DNA from: an uncultured Acidimicrobiaceae bacterium
GTDB lineage: Bacteria > Actinomycetota > Acidimicrobiia > Acidimicrobiales > Bog-793
Assembly (NCBI GenBank): GCA_963779425.1
Contig: CAVZYD010000004.1
Location: forward strand, 189,849 to 253,848
Direction of reading: 5' to 3'
Length of the DNA: 64,000 nt
Part shown: in pieces, positions 54,647-63,660 of the stretch
How the letters are laid out: every line of letters starts with the position of its first letter
Position numbering within the stretch: the first letter of the stretch is position 1
Notes under the pieces: generated by a model
Told to the model about the DNA's origin: nothing
Seen by the model: the letters and a program-made list of their open reading frames with translations, nothing else
The model's database searches: none
Program-made: the position numbers and the translations under genes

Positions 54647-55435
54647 TCACCCGCCCTGGCCGGCCGTAAAGAGGCTGACCCCGCTAATGGCGACGCAGGC
54701 TGCCAACAAGGCGGCCTGAAAGCTCTCGTCGTGTATGGCGGGGTGCGCCGCGCGGGGGCGCTGATGGAAAAAGAAAGCCCCCGACGCGAGCGCCTCCGCG
54801 TCCTCGCTGACTGCCAGCCATGCCTGGGTGACCGCCCCCAGGGCGAGGTCATCAGGCGCGCCGGGACCGCCCATCTTGGTGGCCACCCAGCCAGGATCGA
54901 CAGCGTTGGACAAGATGCCGGGACGATGCCGTGCAACCGCGGCCGCCAGCGCGGCGACGAAAAGCTTGCTGTCGGAGTACGCCTGCGACCCGCTCCAGCC
55001 TCGGTGCTCCCACTGCAAGTCGTCGAGACTCGCGTGGCCACCACGGTGCATGCCCGAGCTCATGTAGATCAACCGGCTGGGCATTTCGATGAGGGCAGTG
55101 AGCAGGTACGGGGCGAGGGCGTTGATGGCAAAGACGTGACATAGGCCGTCGGTCGTGACGACCCGGCGCGGCTCGCTCGAGCCCACGGCGGCATTGTGGA
55201 TCACGGCGTCGAACCGGCCGGTGGCGTTGGCCGCCTCGGCCACCTCGACCATGGCCTCCATGGTCGCCAAGTCCCCGATCACGACACCGCCCGCCTCGGG
55301 GACAGAGCGGAGCGCCTCGGCGGCCCGGCTCTCGTTGCGGGCGTGCAGGACGACCTCATGGTCCTGGCGGGCGAGGAGCTGGGCGGCCATAAGGCCGAGG
55401 CCGTCAGAAGAGCCGGTGATGAGTATGCGGGCCAT
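54647..55435 (-). CDS. SDR family oxidoreductase
   Basis: Contains ITGSSDGLG, HNAAV and YSDSKLF. Confidence 0.8.
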   Translation of the reverse strand: MARILITGSSDGLGLMAAQLLARQDHEVVLHARNESRAAEALRSVPEAGGVVIGDLATMEAMVEVAEAANATGRFDAVIHNAAVGSSEPRRVVTTDGLCHVFAINALAPYLLTALIEMPSRLIYMSSGMHRGGHASLDDLQWEHRGWSGSQAYSDSKLFVAALAAAVARHRPGILSNAVDPGWVATKMGGPGAPDDLALGAVTQAWLAVSEDAEALASGAFFFHQRPRAAHPAIHDESFQAALLAACVAISGVSLFTAGQGG

Positions 55436-55676
55436 CGGCTTGCCTTTCCTCTTGGCTTCGACCTTCTCGCCTCGGGCCGTCGACGACTCCCTAGACGTCT
55501 CATTGTCGCGCGAGGGCCGCCCTCGGCCAATCCGACAGAGCCGTCTCTAGGCCCTCGACGAGCCGCGCGAAGCTCCCGACCACCGGAACGACGGCAGGGC
55601 GGCGCAGCTTTATCGACAGACTTCCCGACGTCAACCTTGTCCTTGGCGGGGTATCGACAGCGTTACCCTGCAGTCG

Positions 55677-56513
55677 ATGACAAACATGAGCGACCGAGCG
55701 GATTCGACTCCCGCCTCACCCAATGAACTGACGAAGGCGCAGTTCGGACCGCACCGGTTCTATGCCGGGGAGGGAGGGGGAAGCGAGGAGTTCCGGGGCG
55801 CGCGGTTCGACGTCGCCGACCTGCGAGGGGCCCGTTTCACCGACTGCGACCTAACTGGAGTCAGGATCAGGGACGGCTGGCTCGTCAACGTCAGCATCTC
55901 GGGTTACATCAGCAATCTCTCCGTGAACGATGTCGACGTGACTGACTTCGTCAATGCGGAACTGGACCGGCGGCATCCCGAGCGGGTGCAGTTCCGCGAG
56001 GGCCAGACCGCCGACGACGTTCGAGCGATGTGGGACACGATCGAGCGTCTCTGGGTGGAGCTGGTCGAGCGAACAAGCCGGATGCCCGCGGCGGCGCTCG
56101 CAAACAGTGCCGACGAGGAGTGGTCGTTCGACCAGACGCTGCGGCATCTGATCTTCATCACCGACGCGTGGGCTAGCAGGACGGTACTGGACGAGCCGAT
56201 GCCCTACCATCCGATCGGCCTGCCGCAGAGCTGGTATCCGGCGGCGGAGGCGGCTGGGCTCGGCATAGACCTGGCCGCCCGGCCCGACCATGCCGAGATC
56301 CTCTCCGTCCGCGCCGACCGGATGGCCGTGGTGCGGCGTATCGTGGACGGCCTGACCGACGACGACCTGGGACGTCGGTGCCACCGCTCGCCCGCTCCCG
56401 GCTACCCCGACGAGGAGCGCTCGGCGATCGAGTGCATAGGCGTCGTTATGGATGAGGAGATCGAGCACTACCGGTTTGCCGTTCGCGACCTGACCGTGCT
56501 CAAAGCCAGGTAG
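55677..56513 (+). CDS. Pentapeptide-repeat + DinB-family fusion protein
   Basis: The N-terminus has about 7 pentapeptide units (FRGARFDVADLRGARFTDCDLTGVRIRDGWLVNVSISG). The C-terminal DinB-like four-helix region reads WSFDQTLRHLIFITDAW...MDEEIEHYRF. Confidence 0.65.
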   Translation: MTNMSDRADSTPASPNELTKAQFGPHRFYAGEGGGSEEFRGARFDVADLRGARFTDCDLTGVRIRDGWLVNVSISGYISNLSVNDVDVTDFVNAELDRRHPERVQFREGQTADDVRAMWDTIERLWVELVERTSRMPAAALANSADEEWSFDQTLRHLIFITDAWASRTVLDEPMPYHPIGLPQSWYPAAEAAGLGIDLAARPDHAEILSVRADRMAVVRRIVDGLTDDDLGRRCHRSPAPGYPDEERSAIECIGVVMDEEIEHYRFAVRDLTVLKAR

Positions 56514-56653
56514 CCGGCTCATGCAAGCAATGACGGTAACTCTTAGGGTCGCGGTACGGAACTTTCGGCGAGGAAGAGAGACGGCATAGCCGGCGTTGGG
56601 AAGCAAAACGACCGCGGATGCACGACCGGCGGCGTCACTCTCGGGAGGAAGCC

Positions 56654-57301
56654 ATGAGAATCGCCATCATCGGTGCCGGCAACATCGGCACAGCGCTCAC
56701 CAAGCGGTTCACGGCAGTAGGCCACGAGGTCTTCGTCGCGAACTCACGCGGACCAGAAACGCTGGCCGAACTGGTCAGCACGACAGGCGCCACGGCGCTC
56801 AGCGTCGCAGAAGTTGCCAAGGGCGCCGATGTGGCGGTCGTGACGATCCCCGTATACAGGGTTCCCGATCTCCCGGCTGGGTTGTTGGACGGGGCGGCCC
56901 CCGATCTCGTTGTGATCGACACCGGCAACTACTACCCCCAACGCGACGGCCGCATCGCCGCCATCGAGAACGGCACCACCGAGAGTCGCTGGGTCTCCCA
57001 GCAGATCGGCCGTCCGGTGATCAAGGCCTTCAACACCATCCAGGCGCAGCATCTCTTGGAACTGGGCCAGCCTGCGGGCACGCCCGGTCGCATCGCCCTT
57101 CCCGTCGCCGGCGACGACGAGCACGCCAAAGCCGTGGTGATGCGCCTCGTCGACGAGATCGGCTTCGACCCGGTCGACTCCGGCGGCTTGGACGACTCGT
57201 GGCGCCAGCAGCCTGGCAGCCCGGTGTACGCGAAGGACTACGACGCCGAAAAGACGCGGCTGGCCTTGGCGCAGGCCGAGCCCAGGCGCAACGAGGGCTA
57301 A
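56654..57301 (+). CDS. NAD(P)-binding oxidoreductase (NADPH-dependent F420 reductase-like)
   Basis: Rossmann motif is MRIAIIGAGNIGTAL. GGGAGG lies upstream of the ATG at 56654. Confidence 0.65.
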   Translation: MRIAIIGAGNIGTALTKRFTAVGHEVFVANSRGPETLAELVSTTGATALSVAEVAKGADVAVVTIPVYRVPDLPAGLLDGAAPDLVVIDTGNYYPQRDGRIAAIENGTTESRWVSQQIGRPVIKAFNTIQAQHLLELGQPAGTPGRIALPVAGDDEHAKAVVMRLVDEIGFDPVDSGGLDDSWRQQPGSPVYAKDYDAEKTRLALAQAEPRRNEG

Positions 57302-57552
57302 AACTCAAGCCACAGCACGAGATAACAAGCGGATTCCTCGACGACTCCAGCTGCACTCAGGCCAATCGCCGCCGTGTGACACCATGCGAAGTACCTCCAC
57401 CTCGAGGCCCGTGCCCCTCCCGTTTCTCGGGGACGGGAAAACCCCGACCAGCGCAGGTGCCCTCTTAGTGACACCGAGCGCGAAGCCGGCGACGGCGCCT
57501 CGGGCCCGCAGCACCCGGTCGGGGGCGCGCCGCCGCGGTGCCTGACCGCTGC

Positions 57553-57915
57553 TCAGCGCCCGCGCAGCCGGTCGATCTGACGGCGGTCCTTCTTCGTCGG
57601 GCGCCCTGAGGACGGGTCGCGGACAAGCCCCGGAGCACGTAGCTCCCTCGGCGGTGGCGACGGGCTGTGATCGATCAGGCACTCGGCGGCGACAGGCGCT
57701 CCGACGCGCTTGTCGATCGCCCTCACCACTTCGAGCACCCGCAGACGATCACCGACGCGGGCCGAGACGGTGTCTCCGGGGCGCACAGTCGTCGAGGGCT
57801 TGGCTGCGGTGTCGTTCACGCGCACGTGCCCGGCGCGGCACAGCGCTGTCGAGGCGGCGCGTGTCGGAGCGGCGCGCACCGCCCAGAGCCACCTGTCGAC
57901 CCGCGCAGACTCCAC
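57553..57915 (-). CDS. RNA-binding S4 domain protein (Hsp15-like)
   Basis: RVDRWLWAVRAAPTRAASTALCRAGHVRVNDTAAKPSTTVRPGDTV. Confidence 0.75.
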   Translation of the reverse strand: MESARVDRWLWAVRAAPTRAASTALCRAGHVRVNDTAAKPSTTVRPGDTVSARVGDRLRVLEVVRAIDKRVGAPVAAECLIDHSPSPPPRELRAPGLVRDPSSGRPTKKDRRQIDRLRGR

Positions 57916-58001
57916 TGTGCAAGCGTCCCACGAACGTCACGAGCCCGCAGAGGCGCTGTTGTCCTCCACCGTTGCCACAACTGCGGCAAAGTGGAGCCTC
58001 C

Positions 58002-60575
58002 ATGTCCTCGCGCTTTGAGCTAGCCGCGGTCAGCGGCCGCCGAGACGAAGCCTTCGCGGCGTTCCTCAACTGGACGGCGGAGGGGGGCTTCAGCCTTTAC
58101 CCCGCCCAGGAAGAGGCGCTCCTCGAGGTGTTCTCGGGCGCACATGTAATCGTGAACACGCCTACCGGCTCGGGCAAGAGCTTGATCGCCCTCGGCGCCC
58201 ACGTCGCAGCTCTTGCCGCCGGGATGCGCTCGTTCTACACCGCACCGGTGAAAGCCCTCGTTTCGGAGAAGTTCTTCGCCCTGTGCGGTGACCTCGGAGC
58301 CGAGCACGTCGGCATGCTGACCGGCGACGCCTCGATCAATCCGTCTGCTCCCGTCGTGTGTGCCACCGCCGAGATCGTCGCCAACATGGCCCTGCGCAGC
58401 GGCGCCGCTACGGCAATCGACCAGGTCGTGATGGACGAGTTCCACTTCTACGGCGACCCTGACCGGGGCTGGGCCTGGCAAGTGCCCCTCTTGGAGCTGA
58501 CCCGGGCGCAGTTCGTCCTCATGTCTGCCACCCTCGGCGACACGAGCGCCATCGAAAGAGGCATCTCCCGGCGCACGGGACGACCGGTCGCCGTCGTGCG
58601 TTCCGCCACCCGACCGGTCCCGCTGCGTTTCGAGTACCGACGCACACCGCTCAACGCCACCGTCGAGTCGCTCCTCGCCGGAGACCAGGCACCCCTTTAC
58701 GTCGTCCACTTCACCCAGGCCGAGGTGCTCACTCACGCCCAGGCGCTCACCTCGGCACAGGTGACGACGCGGGCCGACCGCGAGGCCTCGCCGCCGCCCT
58801 CGCGGGCTTCCGATTCGCCCCTGGCTTCGGGCGTACCCTCTCGCGCCTTTTGCACCACGGCATTGGGGTGCATCACGGAGGCATGCTGCCGAAGTACCGA
58901 CGCCTCGTCGAGCGACTGACCAAGGCAGGTCTGCTGCGGGTGGTGGTCGGCACCGACACGCTCGGGGTCGGGGTCAACCTGCCATTGCGCACGGTGGTCC
59001 TCTCTGGGCTCGCCAAGTACGACGGATCGGTCTCGAGGCTGTTGAGCGCTCGCGAGCTGCACCAGATCGCCGGCAGGGCCGGGCGCGCCGGGTATGACAC
59101 TTCTGGCCTTGTCGTCGTGCAAGCCCCAGAGCACGTCATCGAGAACGAGCAGGCCGCAAAGAAGGCGGCCGGGGATGCTCGCAAGACGCGCAAGCTGGTC
59201 AAGTCGAAGCCTCCTAAGGGCTTCGTCGCCTGGGACGAGGCCGTGTTCGACAAGCTCGTGGCCTCTCCACCCGAGCCGCTCGTTTCCCAGCTCCGGGTGA
59301 ACCACGCGACGTTGCTCAACGTGCTCGACCGGCCCGGTGACGGGTGCGCGGCACTGGCCAGGCTACTGACCGACAACGACGAGCCCCGCCCTGTGCAGCG
59401 GCGACTCGTGCGCCAGTCCATCGGCATCTACCGCTCACTGCTCGCCGCCGGGGCCCTCGAACGCCTAGCGGTGGCCGACGAACAGGGCCGCCGGATCCGC
59501 GTGCACACGCAGACCTGCAGTCGGACTTCGCCCTCGACAGCCCGCTCAGCCCGTTCGTCCTGGAGGCCATTCCCCGCCTCGACCCGGTCTTCTCCGACCT
59601 GGTCCCTCGACGTCATGAGCGTCGTCGAAGCGACCCTCGTCAACCCGGGCCCGGTGCTGGCGGCTCAGCTCGACCGGGTGCGGGACGGAGGCTCTGGCAG
59701 CTTTGAAGGCGGCCGGGGTCGAGTACGAGGAGCGGATCGATTCCCTCGACAAGCTCGAGTACCCCAAGCCTTTGCGTGACTGGACCTACGACCTGTTCGA
59801 CGCCTACCGCGTCGTCCATCCCTGGGCCGCCGACTTCAACATCCAGCCGAAGTCGGTGGCCCGCGACCTCTACGAGCGGGCCATGACGTTCTCCGAGTAC
59901 GTCGCCCACTACGGCCTTACCCGTTCGGAAGGCCTGCTGTTGCGGTATCTCTCCGACGTCTACAAGGGCCTCATCCGCAACGTTCCGGAGGATCTCAAGA
60001 CCGAGGAGCTGCTCGACATCACCGAGTGGCTCGGCGAGCTCGTCCGCCAGGTCGACTCGAGTCTCATCGACGAATGGGAGCACCTCGCCGCCGCAGCCGC
60101 GAGCGACTCGCTCGAAAAGGCCGTGGCCGAGATCGGCGTCGAGCTGAGCGACCAAACCCCGGCCCCTCCTCCAGTCACTTCGAACGCCAGGGCCTTCAGG
60201 GTGATGGTGCGCAACGCCGCCTTCCGACGCGTCGAGCTCTTCGCCCGGCGCGACGGCGCCGCCCTGGCCGAAGCCGAGGTCCCCGGCGGGTTGGGGCCCG
60301 ACGCCTGGACGGAGTCGATGGAGCGATACTTCTCGACCCATTCGAGCTTGGGCACCGGGCCGCAAGCCCGCAGTGCAGCCTTGCTCGAAGTCGTCGAGCG
60401 ACCGGGCATCTGGCAGGTTCGCCAGGTCCTCGACGACCCGGAGGGCTGGCACGACACCGCCATCGTCGCCGAGGTCAACCTCGCCGCCTCCGACGAGGCA
60501 GGCGCACCTGTGTGGCGAACGCTACGCCTCGAGCTGGGCCAGGCGAGTGACGGTTCCGCCTCTTTCTGGGTATGA
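58002..60575 (+). pseudogene. DEAD/DEAH-box helicase with DUF3516-type C-terminal region, four apparent frameshifts
   Basis: Contains TPTGSGKS and VMDEFH, then GIGVHHGGMLPKYRRLVE and VGTDTLGVGVNLP in a second frame. DLQSDFALDSPLSPFVLEAIPRLDP is in a third frame, then the sequence returns to the second frame. [23 protein letters not shown] onward is back in the first frame. The switches are near 58780, 59505, 59588 and 59684. Confidence 0.8.
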
Positions 60576-60582
60576 GCAGTCA

Positions 60583-60948
60583 GTGGACCGGACCGAGCGC
60601 GGTTTTGCCGCCAGCGCTGAACAGGTCCAGGCGGCCCGCCATTTCACCGACACGACGCTTGCCGGGTGGGGGCTCGAGTCAGGCGACGCTGTCCTCGTTG
60701 TGAGCGAACTCGCCGCCAACGCCGTCCGTCACGCCGGCAGCGCCTTCACTCTGTCTTTGTGCCGCATGGATGACACCGTGACAGTGGAGGTGACCGACGC
60801 CAGCCCCGCCATCGCCTTGATGGCCGCGACGTCGTGGAACGGCACGAGCGGACGCGGTCTCATGATCGTCGACCGACTGGCGAAAGTCTGGGGAAGCCGC
60901 CCGGCCGGAGCCGGCAAGACGGTCTGGGCCGAGCTGGAGGCACGCTGA
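60583..60948 (+). CDS. Anti-sigma regulatory factor-type Ser/Thr kinase (RsbW/SpoIIAB-like HATPase_c)
   Basis: Contains VVSELAANAVRHAG and GRGLMIVDRLAKVWG. GTG lies 7 nt after the helicase stop. Confidence 0.7.
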   Translation: MDRTERGFAASAEQVQAARHFTDTTLAGWGLESGDAVLVVSELAANAVRHAGSAFTLSLCRMDDTVTVEVTDASPAIALMAATSWNGTSGRGLMIVDRLAKVWGSRPAGAGKTVWAELEAR

Positions 60949-60995
60949 CGCAGGCATCGGCGCCGAGGGAGCCAAGCCAACGGCGCGATTCGCCC

Positions 60996-61358
60996 TCAGG
61001 CGGGTGGAGATTCCTCGGCCGGCAAAGTGGCATTCAGCTCCAACAGGTCGAGCAGGCGCCGCGTCGCCTCACTCGTGCCGCGCAGCACAAGCTGCCCACC
61101 TGCTTCGCGGGCCAAATTGGCCGCTCCTACCAACACCCCGATGCCGCTCGCGTCGATGAAGTCCAAACCTGAAGCGTCCACAACGACCTCGCCTACCCCT
61201 TCTTGCAAAAGGGCGAGGACCTCACGCTCGAGCGCCGGAGAGGTGGCGACGTCAAGCTCGCCGGACACCGCCACCACAGTGCGTTCCACGACCTGGTCGG
61301 ACCCGTCCGGGTGGGCGTCGACCTCAACGCGGATATCGAATGTCGGAAACTCGGTCAT
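60996..61358 (-). CDS. STAS-domain anti-sigma-factor antagonist
   Basis: Contains VAVSGELDVATSPALE and VVVDASGLDFIDASGIGVLV. Confidence 0.75.
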   Translation of the reverse strand: MTEFPTFDIRVEVDAHPDGSDQVVERTVVAVSGELDVATSPALEREVLALLQEGVGEVVVDASGLDFIDASGIGVLVGAANLAREAGGQLVLRGTSEATRRLLDLLELNATLPAEESPPA

Positions 61359-61411
61359 GAGCAGATTTGAGATAATCGACCCCGAGAGCACCTGATCACC
61401 CAAGCGGAACC

Positions 61412-61700
61412 TCAGCCTACCGTCGTGGCAGAAGAAGACAGCGTCGCCCTTCCTCGTGCCCGCGGCACCGCCACATCAGCTTGTTCACTCCCCGTTGGTC
61501 GCTCGACAAGCTCACGCGCATCGTCGGCGTAGCCGCAGCGGCGGGCGGTCTCGTTGATCAGGTGCAGCAACACCCAGAGCAGCGTCGTGCCCGCTTCTGT
61601 ACGCGCGGCGTGCCAAGCCGCCTACGAACCCACAACGGCGTTCAAGTACGCGTCAAAGCCGGCGAGTTCATCGTCTCGCTCCGCGCGGGTGCCGAGCCAG
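61412..61700 (-). pseudogene. C-terminal remnant of a DinB/DUF664-type protein with an in-frame TAG
   Basis: The minus-strand frame reads DDELAGFDAYLNAVVGS*AAWHAARTEAGTTLLWVLLHLINETARRCGYADDARELVERPTG. There is no room for the N-terminal half, because the MocR gene ends at 61717. Confidence 0.4.
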
Positions 61701-61716
61701 CCCAATCGGGTTCTCC

Positions 61717-63118
61717 TCAAGCTCGTTCGTCCAGTTCTCCGAGGGTGGTGCAAAGCCGGGCCAGGGCGGTCGTGAACGAGTGTGCCGGGGGCGTGGCGAA
61801 GCCGATCACCAGTGCGGGGGGCCGTGCGTCAGGCTCGATCCCATAGCTCGCGAGCCCGTCGACGGCAAGGCTGCGTCCGGCCGCCCGGGAGATGACACCT
61901 GCCTCGCTCACTCCGGCGGGCAAACCGAGCACCGCATGCAAGCCCGCCGCAAGACCTTGCACGCCTAGGTCCGGGACGTGGCGCGCCAGGCTGGCGAGGA
62001 GCCGGTCCCTCCGGCATCGGTAGGCAAGGCGCGAGCGCCGCACGTGGCGGTCGTAGCGGCCGGAGCTCAAGAACTCGGCCATGGTCAACTGATCGAGAAC
62101 CGCTGAGTGAAGGTCTACGAGCCGGCGTTGCTCGGCGAGCTTGTCGACAAGGTCCGGGGGCACCACGAGCCACGCCAGGCGCAAGCCGGGGGCGAGAGTC
62201 TTGCTGGCGGTGCCGGCGTAGACGATCTGGTCGGGAGAGAGGGCCTGCATCGCGCCGACGGCGCGCCGGTCATAGCGGAACTCACCGTCGTAGTCGTCCT
62301 CGATCACGAGCGCACCCGAGGTTGCCGCCCAGCGCGGCAAAGTGGATGCGTCGGGCCGGGTCGAGGGCGACCCCGAGGGGAAACTGGTGGGCGGGTGTCA
62401 ACAAAACAGCATCCAGCCCTTCGAGGCCGATCGGCTGGGCGCCGTGTCCGTCGACGTGGAGACCTACGACCCGCAGACCGGCGCCAGTCAGGATCTCACG
62501 ATGGTGACGGTGGCCGTATGACTCGACCCCGATCGCGACCCTGCCCTCGCTGCGCATTATCTGGCCGAGGAGGAAGAGCGCCTGGGTGAACCCGGAGCAG
62601 ATGACGACGTTCTCGGGCGAGACCCGTACGCCACGGGCGTGTGCGAGATAACCGGCCAGTGCGGCACGCAGCTCCGGACGTCCCCGAGGGTCGCCGTAGC
62701 CGAAGACCTCAGACGGCGCCCGAGCCAGTGCCGCGCGCTCTGCCCTTAGCCATTCGCCCCGGGGAAAGCTTGTGGTGTCCGGATATCCGGGCCGCAGGTC
62801 GTATCGGATCATTAGCGGCGGCGGGGCCGGCGAGGTGGGTGACGCACGCGGCTCGCCAACACGTTGCGCGACCCGGGTACCGGAGCCCTGTCGCGCTGTC
62901 AGCCAACCTTCTGCCACGAGCTGGCCGTAAACGTCGACGACGGTGTTGCGGGCGAGACCGAGGTCGCTCGCCAGGGTGCGCGAGGGCGGCATCAGGGTGC
63001 CGGGAACGAGCCGCCCGCCTTGCACGGCCCCTCGAAGGGCCCGTTCCAGCGACTCTCGCACCCGGGGGCCGAGCTCGAGGTGGAGGTCGACGCCAGAAAT
63101 GGCCCGCGTTTTTGCCAT
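61717..63118 (-). pseudogene. MocR/PdxR-type GntR-HTH + aminotransferase-fold regulator, one frameshift near 62345
   Basis: The HTH (LPPSRTLASDLGLARNTVVDVYGQL) and first half are in the frame of ORF 62282..63118. WAATSGALVIEDDYDGEFRYD...YAGTASKTLAPGLRLAW continues in the frame of ORF 61717..62340. Confidence 0.8.
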
Positions 63119-63165
63119 GGGATTGGACCTTACTCGCGGGCCTATCCTTCCTTAAGGTGAAACGC

Positions 63166-63660
63166 ATGCAAACCACCCAAACCATCCCCGTCCGACTCGA
63201 CGTCGACGCCCACGCCGCCACCTTCTCGAGGGCCATGAGCCAGCTCGACAAGGCCTCGGTCAAGCAGCTCGACCAGGTCGACTTCGAGCCGCGCCTGCGC
63301 GAGCTCGTCCGCATCCGTGCCTCACAGCTCAACGGGTGTGCCTACTGCGTCGACACCCACACCAAGGACGCCCGCGCCATTGGCGAGACCGAGCAACGCA
63401 TCTACGCTTTGCCGCTCTGGCGCGAGACGCCGTTTTTCACTGAACGGGAGCGGGCGGTGCTGGCCTTCACCGAGACCGTGACCCTCGTCGCCGACAACCA
63501 CGTCCCCGCGCACGCCTACGACGACGTCGCCGCTCACCTGAGCGCCGACGAGATCGGGGCCCTGCTCGGCCTTATCGTCACCATCAACGCTTGGAACGCC
63601 CTGGCCGTTGCCTCCCGAGCCTGGCAACCTGCCACCGACCAGGAGTCGGCTGCCTCGTGA
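63166..63660 (+). CDS. Carboxymuconolactone decarboxylase / AhpD-like family protein
   Basis: Contains the CxxC motif in ASQLNGCAYCVDTH. It is divergent from the MocR-type regulator. Confidence 0.75.
   Translation: MQTTQTIPVRLDVDAHAATFSRAMSQLDKASVKQLDQVDFEPRLRELVRIRASQLNGCAYCVDTHTKDARAIGETEQRIYALPLWRETPFFTERERAVLAFTETVTLVADNHVPAHAYDDVAAHLSADEIGALLGLIVTINAWNALAVASRAWQPATDQESAAS

Noticed and set aside
55611-55660. The direct repeat TATCGACAG x2, spaced 40 bp apart, upstream of the pentapeptide-DinB gene, considered as an operator.
   Set aside because: Two 9-mers in a 240-bp GC-rich gap could occur by chance, and there is no palindromic structure or adjacent regulator.
57390-57440. The hairpin TCCCGT-N9-ACGGGA followed by AAAA, downstream of the NADP/F420 oxidoreductase-like gene, considered as an intrinsic terminator.
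   Set aside because: The stem is only 6 bp with a large loop, and there is no U-tract in the plus-strand orientation. The evidence is too weak to call.
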